Origin: a virus
Virus record (IMG/VR): IMGVR_UViG_3300045988_126550
Location: 1-64,000 of that record
Direction: 5' to 3' (one strand)
Length of the DNA: 64,000 bases
Position numbers and translations under genes: made by a program. Position 1 is the first letter of the stretch; each line of letters begins with the position of its first letter. Under the pieces are notes generated by a model, which saw only the letters and a program-made list of their open reading frames with translations, had not been told where the DNA came from and did no database searches. This document shows positions 43,694 through 51,922 of the stretch, piece by piece.

Positions 43694-44108
43694 AAAGGTA
43701 AAGTATAATGGAGAACCTGCATTTGTATACTATAACGCAAATCCAAAAGGAAAAAATACTGATGATTGTGTAATTAGAGCAATCGCAGCAGCAGAGGGAA
43801 GAGAATGGGTGGACGTGTTAAAGCAACTGACTGATTATGCAATTAAAACTGGGTATATGACAACAGCTGTAGAAAATTATACCATATATTTTAAGGAAAA
43901 CGGCTGGACAGAAAAATCACAGCCAAAGAAAGCGAATGGTAAAAAATATAAGGCATATGAATTTGCAAAAATTTATAACGGGAGATGTCTTGCTCATGTT
44001 GGAGTGCACCACATGAGCTATTTGTGTGATCATAGCTGGTACGATTCTTGGAACTGTACGGAAGGAGTCGTAGGGAAATATTGGGTTTATGAAGGAGAGA
44101 TTAAATGA
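43686..44108 (+). CDS. hypothetical protein, 140 aa (possible papain-like Cys/His peptidase; weak)
   Basis: Track 43599..44108; ATG 43686 preferred (TGGAGG SD). ..DDCVIRAIA.. and ..AHVGVHHMS.. Confidence 0.5.
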   Translation: MYKKVKYNGEPAFVYYNANPKGKNTDDCVIRAIAAAEGREWVDVLKQLTDYAIKTGYMTTAVENYTIYFKENGWTEKSQPKKANGKKYKAYEFAKIYNGRCLAHVGVHHMSYLCDHSWYDSWNCTEGVVGKYWVYEGEIK

Positions 44109-44536
44109 GCTATGCTAATCAGAATTTTAATGAATGGCTTGCAGATAAGCAATTGAGCGGAAGATACAAGACAAAATTATATCTTGATGGTGATATAGAA
44201 TGTCAAGCAGATCATAAAATCTATCATCTGAAAGGAATATATTATGTTGATTCAATGTATAATAATGGCGTTTACAGTTGCGTTAATGAAGATGGGATTG
44301 GAATAAGTGCAAAGCATAAAGATTTGGTTAGAATTGTTAAGCAAGTATATAACCAAAAGGATGTAGACAATTGGGTTAAATCTTCACGAGATAAAAATCA
44401 GTATGTAGATACTTTCAACGGAACGCTTTGGTATATCGTATTGATGATTTTAGTAAGCTTATTTAATGGAAGGATTGTAGGCTGGATATTCATTACGATT
44501 GTATATTTTATATGGAAATATCAAAAACATAATTAA
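44105..44536 (+). CDS. hypothetical protein, 143 aa, C-terminal transmembrane helices
   Basis: ..LWYIVLMILVSLFNGRIVGWIFITIVYFIW. Confidence 0.6.
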   Translation: MSYANQNFNEWLADKQLSGRYKTKLYLDGDIECQADHKIYHLKGIYYVDSMYNNGVYSCVNEDGIGISAKHKDLVRIVKQVYNQKDVDNWVKSSRDKNQYVDTFNGTLWYIVLMILVSLFNGRIVGWIFITIVYFIWKYQKHN

Positions 44537-44553
44537 TATTAAGGAGGTAAATT

Positions 44554-45534
44554 ATGAACGGAAGACTTGAAGCTGAATTAAATAAACAAAAGTTAATTAA
44601 AGACAAACTTAAATATTTGCCTAAAGTTTTCGAAGAATTTTATTATTACATGGAGGAAGATGATAGATCATATAATACTATTGAGCATTATATTGATTAT
44701 AATGTAGAATTTATGAACTATATTACAAACGGGAATAAAGATGAATATTATTATAAAAATGTAAATTCAACGCACATCAAACAATTTATTAGTTCACAAC
44801 GTACTAAAGAAATTAATGGAGAGCTGGTTAGAATCGGTGATAGCATTTTGGCTACAAAATTTTCAGCTATTAAAAAATTCTTTTCATTTTTAAGTGATTC
44901 TAATTATATTGATGAAAATCCGGTAGAAGGAGTTCGAAGACCAAAAGTTAAAACAGATCATACGGTTACATTTCTTGAAGAAAACGAAATCAATAAGTTG
45001 TTTTCAAACATTAAAACAATGGCAAATGAAAGATTATTAAATAGAGATTTATGTATGTTTTCTTTGTTTATTTCTACTGGTCTTAGAAAATCTGCATTAG
45101 TGCAGATCAATGTAGAAGATATCAATTTTAAGACAAATACAATTAAGGTAATTGAAAAAGGGAGAAAGGAAAGGTTAATTAGTTTTGGCGGAAATATGAG
45201 ACAGCTTTTATTAAACTGGATTCAAGATAGAAGAGATTATTTTAAAGTAGAAGAAAGTGGGCCATTATTTGTTTCTCAATGGAACAATAGAATGTCTACA
45301 AAAAATGTAGAAATGTTGTTGGCGAAGTATCTAGATGGCGTGAGCGATAAACATATCACAGTTCATAAACTTAGAGCAACTGCTGCAACTCAAATGGCAG
45401 CACATGATGTTCCAGTTCAGGTTATAAAGGAAATGTTGAATCATGAAAATGTTTCCACAACAATGAGATATGTTGCTGCAATTGACAGCCAGAAGCAAGA
45501 GGCAGTTAATATTCTTGATAGCATCGTGAAATAA
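44554..45534 (+). CDS. tyrosine recombinase/integrase (XerC/D-like)
   Basis: ..TGLRKSAL.. (Arg I) and ..HKLRATAATQMA..V..LNHENVSTTMRYV (H-x-x-R ... Y). Confidence 0.8.
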   Translation: MNGRLEAELNKQKLIKDKLKYLPKVFEEFYYYMEEDDRSYNTIEHYIDYNVEFMNYITNGNKDEYYYKNVNSTHIKQFISSQRTKEINGELVRIGDSILATKFSAIKKFFSFLSDSNYIDENPVEGVRRPKVKTDHTVTFLEENEINKLFSNIKTMANERLLNRDLCMFSLFISTGLRKSALVQINVEDINFKTNTIKVIEKGRKERLISFGGNMRQLLLNWIQDRRDYFKVEESGPLFVSQWNNRMSTKNVEMLLAKYLDGVSDKHITVHKLRATAATQMAAHDVPVQVIKEMLNHENVSTTMRYVAAIDSQKQEAVNILDSIVK

Positions 45535-45536
45535 TC

Positions 45537-45565
45537 TTGACTAAATTAATATTGTATTGTATAAT
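45537..45565 (+). promoter_or_regulatory. sigma-A-like promoter TTGACT-N17-TATAAT with an inverted motif copy (45544-45559) in the spacer
   Basis: TTGACTAAATTAATATTGTATTGTATAAT. Confidence 0.6.
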
Positions 45566-45591
45566 GTAAACCATAAGGGAGTGAAAAGGAG

Positions 45592-46479
45592 ATGTTTGAC
45601 AAAGAACAAAAAGAGGCATTTATAAAAGAATACTTGAAGAGTAAGGTAGTCGCAAAAACTAGCCTTTATGCGGTTTTCAGAAAGACAGAACCATTTGAAG
45701 AGAAGCTAAATAAGGATGCATCACAATTTACAAGGGAAGAAATATTGGATATGTTTGCGCAATTCAGAGCGAAATCTGTTAATTCGTTGCTAAATTACGC
45801 TATCATATTGAAGCATTATTCACGTTTAATGCGTGGAGAAAATGAATACGAGTCAATTGCAAAAGCAGATGTTGTAGATCTTATTGATAAAAGTGGAAGC
45901 ATATTATTAAGTAGAGAGGAACTTGATGATATTGAAGCACAACTTTTAAATTGGAGTGATAAAGCAATTGTTGAACTTCTTTGGGATGGTGTTTCAAGGC
46001 AAAGCATGAAAGACATATATGCCGTTTCTGAAGAATGTGTACATGGCGATATTCTTCGTATAAATGGAAAAGAATTTCAAATTAGCAAACGTTTAAAAGA
46101 ATTGTTGCCGAAGGCATTTGCTGAGACGGAAATCATGAGCTATGGAAATACAATGCGTATAATTGAGGTAGAAGGTAAAGGAAGGCTTTATAAAGCAAGA
46201 GCAAATACTAGGAATGTCGATTCTAATGACCAAAAATTCCGTTACTTTTATCGCCGTATTCAAATATTTAGAGAGTATTTGGACATTCCGGGTTTAACTA
46301 TGAAGAATCTGAGTGCATCAGGAATGTTCCATTATCTTCAACTTGGCATAAAGGAAACAGGTTTGACACTTAGAGAGTTTTTAAAAACAGCAAAAGGAAA
46401 AGAGTTAGCGATGCAATACGATTTTGCTGAAGACTATTATGTTGATACGATAGCACAGAAATACGAGCAATATATTTAA
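45592..46479 (+). CDS. hypothetical protein, 295 aa
   Basis: Track ORF; GGGAGTG SD. Only vague resemblance to recombinase core-binding domains. Confidence 0.6.
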   Translation: MFDKEQKEAFIKEYLKSKVVAKTSLYAVFRKTEPFEEKLNKDASQFTREEILDMFAQFRAKSVNSLLNYAIILKHYSRLMRGENEYESIAKADVVDLIDKSGSILLSREELDDIEAQLLNWSDKAIVELLWDGVSRQSMKDIYAVSEECVHGDILRINGKEFQISKRLKELLPKAFAETEIMSYGNTMRIIEVEGKGRLYKARANTRNVDSNDQKFRYFYRRIQIFREYLDIPGLTMKNLSASGMFHYLQLGIKETGLTLREFLKTAKGKELAMQYDFAEDYYVDTIAQKYEQYI

Positions 46480-46507
46480 TTATGTTGCTCATTATTCAAA
46501 TACTTAC

Positions 46508-46522
46508 AGTACAAAATTAATT
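46508..46522 (+). promoter_or_regulatory. conserved intergenic motif copy
   Basis: AGTACAAAATTAATT. Here it is not SD-proximal; it is followed by promoter 46552..46580. Confidence 0.6.
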
Positions 46523-46551
46523 AGAAATATATAGCAGGGGAACATTAGTTC

Positions 46552-46580
46552 TTGCATATTGTGGGTAAATATGTTAGAAT
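46552..46580 (+). promoter_or_regulatory. sigma-A-like promoter TTGCAT-N17-TAGAAT
   Basis: Read directly, upstream of 46618..46869. Confidence 0.5.
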
Positions 46581-46617
46581 ATTTGTATAATTTTAGTAGC
46601 AAAAAGGGGAGTAAATC

Positions 46618-46869
46618 ATGGGACAAATACTTGAGGCATTAAGAGAAACAAAAGATAAAAATGTAGACATCTATACAGAGCATAAACTCTTCGGCAAGCA
46701 ACATATTCAAATGAAGTTTATACCAGAAACAGAAGCGGGATGGGGGTTCCGTGCACGTGGACAAGCAATCTATATTAATAAAGATGATGTTGTTTCATAT
46801 GATATTAACAACAGAAAGGTGGAAATTAAGGGAAAAATGATGAGTATAAAAATCATTTTAAGGTCTTGA
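46618..46869 (+). CDS. hypothetical protein, 83 aa
   Basis: AAGGGGAG SD. Confidence 0.6.
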   Translation: MGQILEALRETKDKNVDIYTEHKLFGKQHIQMKFIPETEAGWGFRARGQAIYINKDDVVSYDINNRKVEIKGKMMSIKIILRS

Positions 46870-46893
46870 CAAATTGGAAATATGTGGTATAAT
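46866..46893 (+). promoter_or_regulatory. sigma-A-like promoter TTGACA-N16-TGgTATAAT (extended -10)
   Basis: Read directly. The -35 overlaps the stop of 46618..46869. Confidence 0.65.
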
Positions 46894-46972
46894 AAGGGCA
46901 CGAGATAGGGGGTCTGGTGCCCTTGTAACTAACATATTTGCAGAAAGGGGGAAGCTGGATGTCGGTTTGGGC

Positions 46973-47185
46973 ATGAGCGTAAGTATGAGTGAGAAATATT
47001 ATTATCAGTGCCAACAATGCGGAGAAATACATGAAACACGTTTTGAATATAAAACAGAAGATGCGTTTGTTGATTTGTGGTGTGACGAATGTGAAACAGA
47101 AACTTCACAATTATATGTTGGAATGGATTTATTGGAAAAATATTTGTATATGAATCCAAATTTCGATGAGCGATTTTATTTATGA
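46973..47185 (+). CDS. Zn-ribbon hypothetical protein, ~70 aa
   Basis: Track 46874..47185 would start inside the promoter. ATG 46973 is preferred, coupled by ATGA to a 5-codon uORF (46959-46976) that has the GGGGG SD. CQQCG..CDEC. Confidence 0.5.
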   Translation: MSVSMSEKYYYQCQQCGEIHETRFEYKTEDAFVDLWCDECETETSQLYVGMDLLEKYLYMNPNFDERFYL

Positions 47186-47191
47186 TTAACA

Positions 47192-47206
47192 CAATACAAA
47201 ATTAAT
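47192..47206 (+). promoter_or_regulatory. conserved intergenic motif copy
   Basis: CAATACAAAATTAAT, then TTAAAAGGAG. Confidence 0.7.
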
Positions 47207-47224
47207 TTAAAAGGAGATATAATT

Positions 47225-48412
47225 ATGCCAGATACGTTTGAATTTTATGGAGAAATTAAGCCAATTAAGAAAACAGAAAAATTTGATCCAGTTACGAAGA
47301 CCGAGTATAAATCTGGGTGGTGCAACGTAACTACTAATTTTAATGTAGTAAGTGGATTTAACAGAGTAATGGTACAGGCAAAGGGTGGTATGTGGACTGA
47401 TCCGAAGAAGAATTCAGTAAAGACGTTCAGTAAAAGTACTACTGATGCAAATGGCAAGGTAACTAAGGGCCAGCCAATTACTATTGAATGGGACAAGAGA
47501 AGTTCTCAAGAGGAAATCGATAAGGTCGCTGGATTTAAGAAGTTTGTCGTAGATCTTGGTAATAAGAAGATGCGCTATGCACTACAGCATATTGTAGAGA
47601 GTGGAACTATTACTGATGAGCAGCAAATGGAAACAGGATGTGATACTGTAGAAGCTGCTAAGGAAGCTCTTGATAAGAGCAATAAGCGTAGACATGTATT
47701 TCTAGCAGAGTCAGATTTCGCAGAGTACTGTGCAAAAGTTGTTCAGTCTGATAAGATTGTTGGCAACAAATTCAAGATCACAGGTGATTACGAAGTTCAG
47801 TACAGTGCAGACAAGCAGAAGTTCTATACTAATTATCATGTTCGTAAAATCGAACTGATGGGCGCAGACGTAGAACAAAAGCTGCTTCTTAAGACTGAAT
47901 TTTATTTTGGTGCAGATTGTTGGGACGATAGCAGCTACGCTGAAAGCGAAAAGGTATTTGTAAACGGGTTTGTTAAGTATTACGACAGCAGCGTAAAGGA
48001 CTTTGGATTCAAACCTATGACAATTGTTGTAACTGGTACTGAGAAGAAGGTAAATGCACTCAAGAAGAAGTTTACGTGCGAAGATGGTGCAATTAAGTGC
48101 ATCGATCTAAATTTGGATGTCGTAGATGGGGCTGAGAGAAAGGAAATTCGTCTTGAAGATCTCGATGAAGAAGTAAGAGACGATATAGAAATGGGCTTAC
48201 TCAATTTTGAAACTGTTAAGAGAGAAATGGGCGGCGGTATTGCTGGGTCTAGAGTGAGCGAACTAAGATTTGCAGATCTTGGTAGTACTAAGGGAGCGCA
48301 GGAAACTGATTATACCGAGTACAATATGCATCCGGCTGTTGTGAAGGTTAAGGACGAAGACGAAGACGAAGACGAAGACGTTGATCTGTTCAGTGACGAT
48401 GACGAATTATAA
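47225..48412 (+). CDS. ssDNA-binding-protein-like candidate, 395 aa, acidic C-terminal tail
   Basis: Ends KDEDEDEDEDVDLFSDDDEL. Sits in the replication module. Call rests on the tail and context only. Confidence 0.35.
   Translation: MPDTFEFYGEIKPIKKTEKFDPVTKTEYKSGWCNVTTNFNVVSGFNRVMVQAKGGMWTDPKKNSVKTFSKSTTDANGKVTKGQPITIEWDKRSSQEEIDKVAGFKKFVVDLGNKKMRYALQHIVESGTITDEQQMETGCDTVEAAKEALDKSNKRRHVFLAESDFAEYCAKVVQSDKIVGNKFKITGDYEVQYSADKQKFYTNYHVRKIELMGADVEQKLLLKTEFYFGADCWDDSSYAESEKVFVNGFVKYYDSSVKDFGFKPMTIVVTGTEKKVNALKKKFTCEDGAIKCIDLNLDVVDGAERKEIRLEDLDEEVRDDIEMGLLNFETVKREMGGGIAGSRVSELRFADLGSTKGAQETDYTEYNMHPAVVKVKDEDEDEDEDVDLFSDDDEL
48353..48380 (+). repeat. hexanucleotide repeat (GACGAA) x4.7 encoding (DE)n
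   Basis: Read directly, inside 47225..48412. Confidence 0.8.
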
Positions 48413-48432
48413 TGGAGATTAATTTCTCCCTT

Positions 48433-48448
48433 AAAATACAAAATTAAT
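48433..48448 (+). promoter_or_regulatory. conserved intergenic motif copy
   Basis: AAAATACAAAATTAAT. Confidence 0.65.
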
Positions 48449-48490
48449 TTAAAAGATACAAAAAGAAAGGAAATAGCATTATGAGAGTTT

Positions 48491-50104
48491 ATGACATCAG
48501 GGGGAGTACATTTGGAAGAGGAAAAGACATATAAAGAATTTATACAGAATATTTTAGATACTCGTGGAAGATTTAATTGCGGAGATGGGTATCATGAGCG
48601 GCATCATATCTTACCTAAGTGTCTTGGTGGCGGAAATGAGGAAGAGAATCTAATTGATCTTTATGCTAAAGAACACTTTATAGCGCATAAGTTATTGGCA
48701 TTAGAAAATCCTGATAATAATGGGTTACAATATGCTTGGTGGGCTATGTCAAATATGAAGACTGAATTTACAAAAGAGAGATATCACGCATCCCCAGAGG
48801 AATATGAAGAAGCCAAAACAGCATTTAGCATAATGATGAGGGAAAAATCATGTATGCCTGTTGTTCAATTAGATTTACTTGGAAATTATATTTCAAAATA
48901 TAAAAGTTGTGCAGAAGCAGAGTTTATTCTTGGTATAGATAGCAGATATATTGTTGATTGTAAAAATCACAAAAGAGGACATGCTTGTGGTTTTATATTT
49001 ATTTCAGAAGATGAGTATGATTCAAACAAAAATTATAGATATAAATTTCCAGGAAGAGAAGTTGTTCAATTCGCCATTGATGGAAGTTATATTGCAACAT
49101 TTATTAATCCTCCTACTGCAGCAAGAGAAATTGGAGTTAATGTTGTGTCTATTAGGAGTTGTTGCTGTGAACAAGGTAATACTGCTGGTGGATTTAGATG
49201 GATGTATTTAGATGAATGGGATGGTAAAAAACTAAGTCCAATTGAATATGACTATAAAAATCAAAGGGCCATAGTCGATATAAAAAGAGAAACAATTCAA
49301 GTAAATAGATATGATAATAGAGGTAGATATATTTGCACATATGATAGTGTAAACGATGCAGCATTTGATGCAGGATGTGCATCTACAAATATTAGTCGCT
49401 GTTGTAGAGAAATTCATAAAATGATAGATAATTGCTATTGGAGATATACAAACGAATGTGACGGAGCAAATGATATTATTATAGAAACATATAAATATAA
49501 TCAACATAAGCCAGTGATTCAATTATCATTAGATGGAGAGTTTATTGCGGTATATAATTCTATGGTAGAGGCGGAACGGATCGCAGGAGTACCGGCAGGA
49601 TGTATTTCTGGATGCTGTTGTGGTACGCAATTTACAGCAGGTAATTATTTATGGGTATTAGCATCAGAATACGATAAAGGAAATATCCCAGTATATCATC
49701 CACGACAAACAGTTGCCGTTATTCAACTTGATAAAAACGGAACATTTGTTAGAAAATATAATTCAATAAAAGAAGCACAAGACGCAACCGGTGTCAATAG
49801 TTGCAATATTATTATATGCTGTCAAAAATCAAATTTATCGGCAGGTGGTTTTCAATGGATATATGAAAAAGATTACGATCCTAATAAAATATATCCGCCA
49901 GTTAAAGTTCACGAAAGAAGAGTTGTTAAACTAACAATTGATATGAAGTATATAGAAACATTTGATAGTGTTAGTTTGGCTGCTGCTTCTGTTGGGAAAA
50001 AATCTCCGGCAATTATCAGAAATTGCAAGCATCCACATCTTACGGCGTATGGCTTTAAATGGATGTACGAAGAAGATTATATAAAATTACTTACAGACAC
50101 TTGA
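48491..50104 (+). CDS. HNH homing endonuclease with six tandem IENR1/NUMOD1-like HTH repeats
   Basis: N-terminal ~85 aa are a close paralogue of 8628..9530 (HERHHILPKCLGGGNEEENLIDLYAKEHFIAH). Six ~50-aa repeats end in ..AGGF(R/Q)W(M/I)Y. Start uncertain (TTG 48512 possible). Confidence 0.85.
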   Translation: MTSGGVHLEEEKTYKEFIQNILDTRGRFNCGDGYHERHHILPKCLGGGNEEENLIDLYAKEHFIAHKLLALENPDNNGLQYAWWAMSNMKTEFTKERYHASPEEYEEAKTAFSIMMREKSCMPVVQLDLLGNYISKYKSCAEAEFILGIDSRYIVDCKNHKRGHACGFIFISEDEYDSNKNYRYKFPGREVVQFAIDGSYIATFINPPTAAREIGVNVVSIRSCCCEQGNTAGGFRWMYLDEWDGKKLSPIEYDYKNQRAIVDIKRETIQVNRYDNRGRYICTYDSVNDAAFDAGCASTNISRCCREIHKMIDNCYWRYTNECDGANDIIIETYKYNQHKPVIQLSLDGEFIAVYNSMVEAERIAGVPAGCISGCCCGTQFTAGNYLWVLASEYDKGNIPVYHPRQTVAVIQLDKNGTFVRKYNSIKEAQDATGVNSCNIIICCQKSNLSAGGFQWIYEKDYDPNKIYPPVKVHERRVVKLTIDMKYIETFDSVSLAAASVGKKSPAIIRNCKHPHLTAYGFKWMYEEDYIKLLTDT

Positions 50105-50128
50105 TAAATTCACAAAATATGATATTAT
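50101..50128 (+). promoter_or_regulatory. sigma-A-like promoter TTGATA-N16-TATTAT
   Basis: Followed after 5 nt by TACAAAATTA. Confidence 0.5.
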
Positions 50129-50130
50129 AA

Positions 50131-50145
50131 CAATACAAAATTAAT
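50131..50145 (+). promoter_or_regulatory. conserved intergenic motif copy
   Basis: CAATACAAAATTAAT, then AGGAAGAAGGAAA. Confidence 0.7.
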
Positions 50146-50163
50146 AGGAAGAAGGAAATTAAT

Positions 50164-51345
50164 ATGGCATTTGTAAAACCTCAAATTAATAAAATTAACG
50201 CAGATATTGCAAATCTTTCAATTTATCTTAGAAGCACTAAGAAATTCGGTAAGACAACTTTATTTAGAGATCTTATTTTAGCCAAATACGGCGATCCAAG
50301 TTACGGACTGCTTGTTGGTTGTGGCGCAGAAATTGGTTATAAGATGCTCGATAATTTAAATTACACACAGGTGTCAAGCTGGAGAGATTTGGTAGAGCTT
50401 AAAAAGTGGCTTATTGAAGGGAAAAATACTGAGCATAATGTAAAAATTATTGCATTTGACACCGGAGATGAAATGGTACTATTGGCAGATAAGGAAACAA
50501 TCCGTCAGAGCAATATTGAAAACCCAAATAAAACCACAAAATCAATTAAGGGAGCGTTTTCTGGGTTTACAGCCGGAGAAAAATATTCTGCCAATAACCT
50601 AATTAAGCCTTATATCACAGATCTTCAACTGAATGGTTTTGGCACATGGGTCATAGCACATTCAAAATTTAAGACAATCAAAGATAAGGGGTCTCTTGAT
50701 GAGGATGGATATCAACAGCTAACATCGAACCTTGGTGCAGACTATGAAGCAGCATTTGGAGACTGTATGGATGTCTGTCTTACTGGTGTAATTGATAGAG
50801 ATTTTGATGAAAAGGTTGACGGAGATAAGAAGAAGAGATACGCAACAGATGTTGTTAGAAAGCTATATTTTAGAGGGACACCAATGATCGATGCGGGGGG
50901 ACGTTTTGCAGACGGCGCAGTGCCAGAGTATATGGTATTTGATAAGCCAAATATGGGTGCAGATTTCTTAAAAGTAATCGAAGATGGTATGGAAAAAAGC
51001 AAGACCGTGTCTACGACCTCAGCTTTCGCGTCTAAGAAGCTAAACGCAAATGAAGAATCGCTTGAAGACCACGTAACCGTTACAAAGGAAGAAGCAGAGG
51101 AGCTTCACGATATGGGAGCAGTTCTTCTAAACGATGAAGATGAGGATCTAGACTCTCCGCCTTTTGATGCAGATGATGATGAAGAGCCATTTGATGTAGA
51201 ATCTGCCAAGGCAAATTTACGCAGTCTATACAAAAGTGGCACAGTAGAGCAAAAGAATGCAGTAAAGAAAATTCGTGGAGACAAGAATCTAGCTCAGATC
51301 AACGATCAAGCGACCATTGAGAAGATGTTGGCAGTATTTGAATAA
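50164..51345 (+). CDS. AAA_24/Sak4-like RecA-fold ATPase candidate
   Basis: Walker A-like STKKFGKTT, Walker B-like IIAFDTGDE, acidic C-terminal third. Confidence 0.5.
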   Translation: MAFVKPQINKINADIANLSIYLRSTKKFGKTTLFRDLILAKYGDPSYGLLVGCGAEIGYKMLDNLNYTQVSSWRDLVELKKWLIEGKNTEHNVKIIAFDTGDEMVLLADKETIRQSNIENPNKTTKSIKGAFSGFTAGEKYSANNLIKPYITDLQLNGFGTWVIAHSKFKTIKDKGSLDEDGYQQLTSNLGADYEAAFGDCMDVCLTGVIDRDFDEKVDGDKKKRYATDVVRKLYFRGTPMIDAGGRFADGAVPEYMVFDKPNMGADFLKVIEDGMEKSKTVSTTSAFASKKLNANEESLEDHVTVTKEEAEELHDMGAVLLNDEDEDLDSPPFDADDDEEPFDVESAKANLRSLYKSGTVEQKNAVKKIRGDKNLAQINDQATIEKMLAVFE

Positions 51346-51354
51346 ACAATTTAT

Positions 51355-51381
51355 GGAGGAGGCGGCGGTTCTGCCTCCTCC
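51355..51381 (+). other. 9-bp GC-rich hairpin GGAGGAGGC-N9-GCCTCCTCC (no T-run)
   Basis: Read directly, after the stop of 50164..51345. Confidence 0.5.
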
Positions 51382-51415
51382 AATGTTTAAAAATATGAGT
51401 GAAAGGAGAATGGGA

Positions 51416-51922
51416 ATGAGGCAGGTTAAATGTCGTAACTGTGGCACATTTATTAATAGAGACTCTGCTATTAGCGTCCAAAATGGAAAGGCAAAACTAT
51501 GGTATTGCGATTCTTCGTGTTTAGAGCAAGCAACAAAAAATGCGTTAGAAGCTGCAAAGAAAAAAGAAGAATATGACTCTATTTTTGAAGAGACGAAAGT
51601 TATATTTGGATATGATTTTCAGGGATATAGTCTTCTAAAAAAAGAAGTTCAAAACTGGGAAAAACTCGCGAATAGAAATAAGATATTAAATTATCTTAAA
51701 GAAAACGAAAATTATTTATCTTCTATCTTGGCAAAAAAAGAATTTGCAAATGACTATAATAGAATAAGATATTATAGCGTTATTGTATCTTCAAAATTGC
51801 ACGATTATCAAGGTAAAACAGAAGAGAAAGTTGTCCCGAAGGTTGATATGATTTTTTACGAACCAAGCCAAACGAGCAACAACAAACGTAGATCATTGGA
51901 GGACTTGGAGGATGAATTTTAA
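51416..51922 (+). CDS. hypothetical protein with N-terminal Zn-ribbon, 168 aa (helicase-associated by position)
   Basis: Track 51317..51922; ATG 51416 preferred (AAGGAG SD). CRNCG..CDSSC. Confidence 0.55.
   Translation: MRQVKCRNCGTFINRDSAISVQNGKAKLWYCDSSCLEQATKNALEAAKKKEEYDSIFEETKVIFGYDFQGYSLLKKEVQNWEKLANRNKILNYLKENENYLSSILAKKEFANDYNRIRYYSVIVSSKLHDYQGKTEEKVVPKVDMIFYEPSQTSNNKRRSLEDLEDEF

Noticed and set aside
44554-45534. Using the integrase to call prophage borders or an attP site in this window
   Set aside because: No flanking bacterial genes, direct repeats or tRNA target were visible. The whole window is phage-like.
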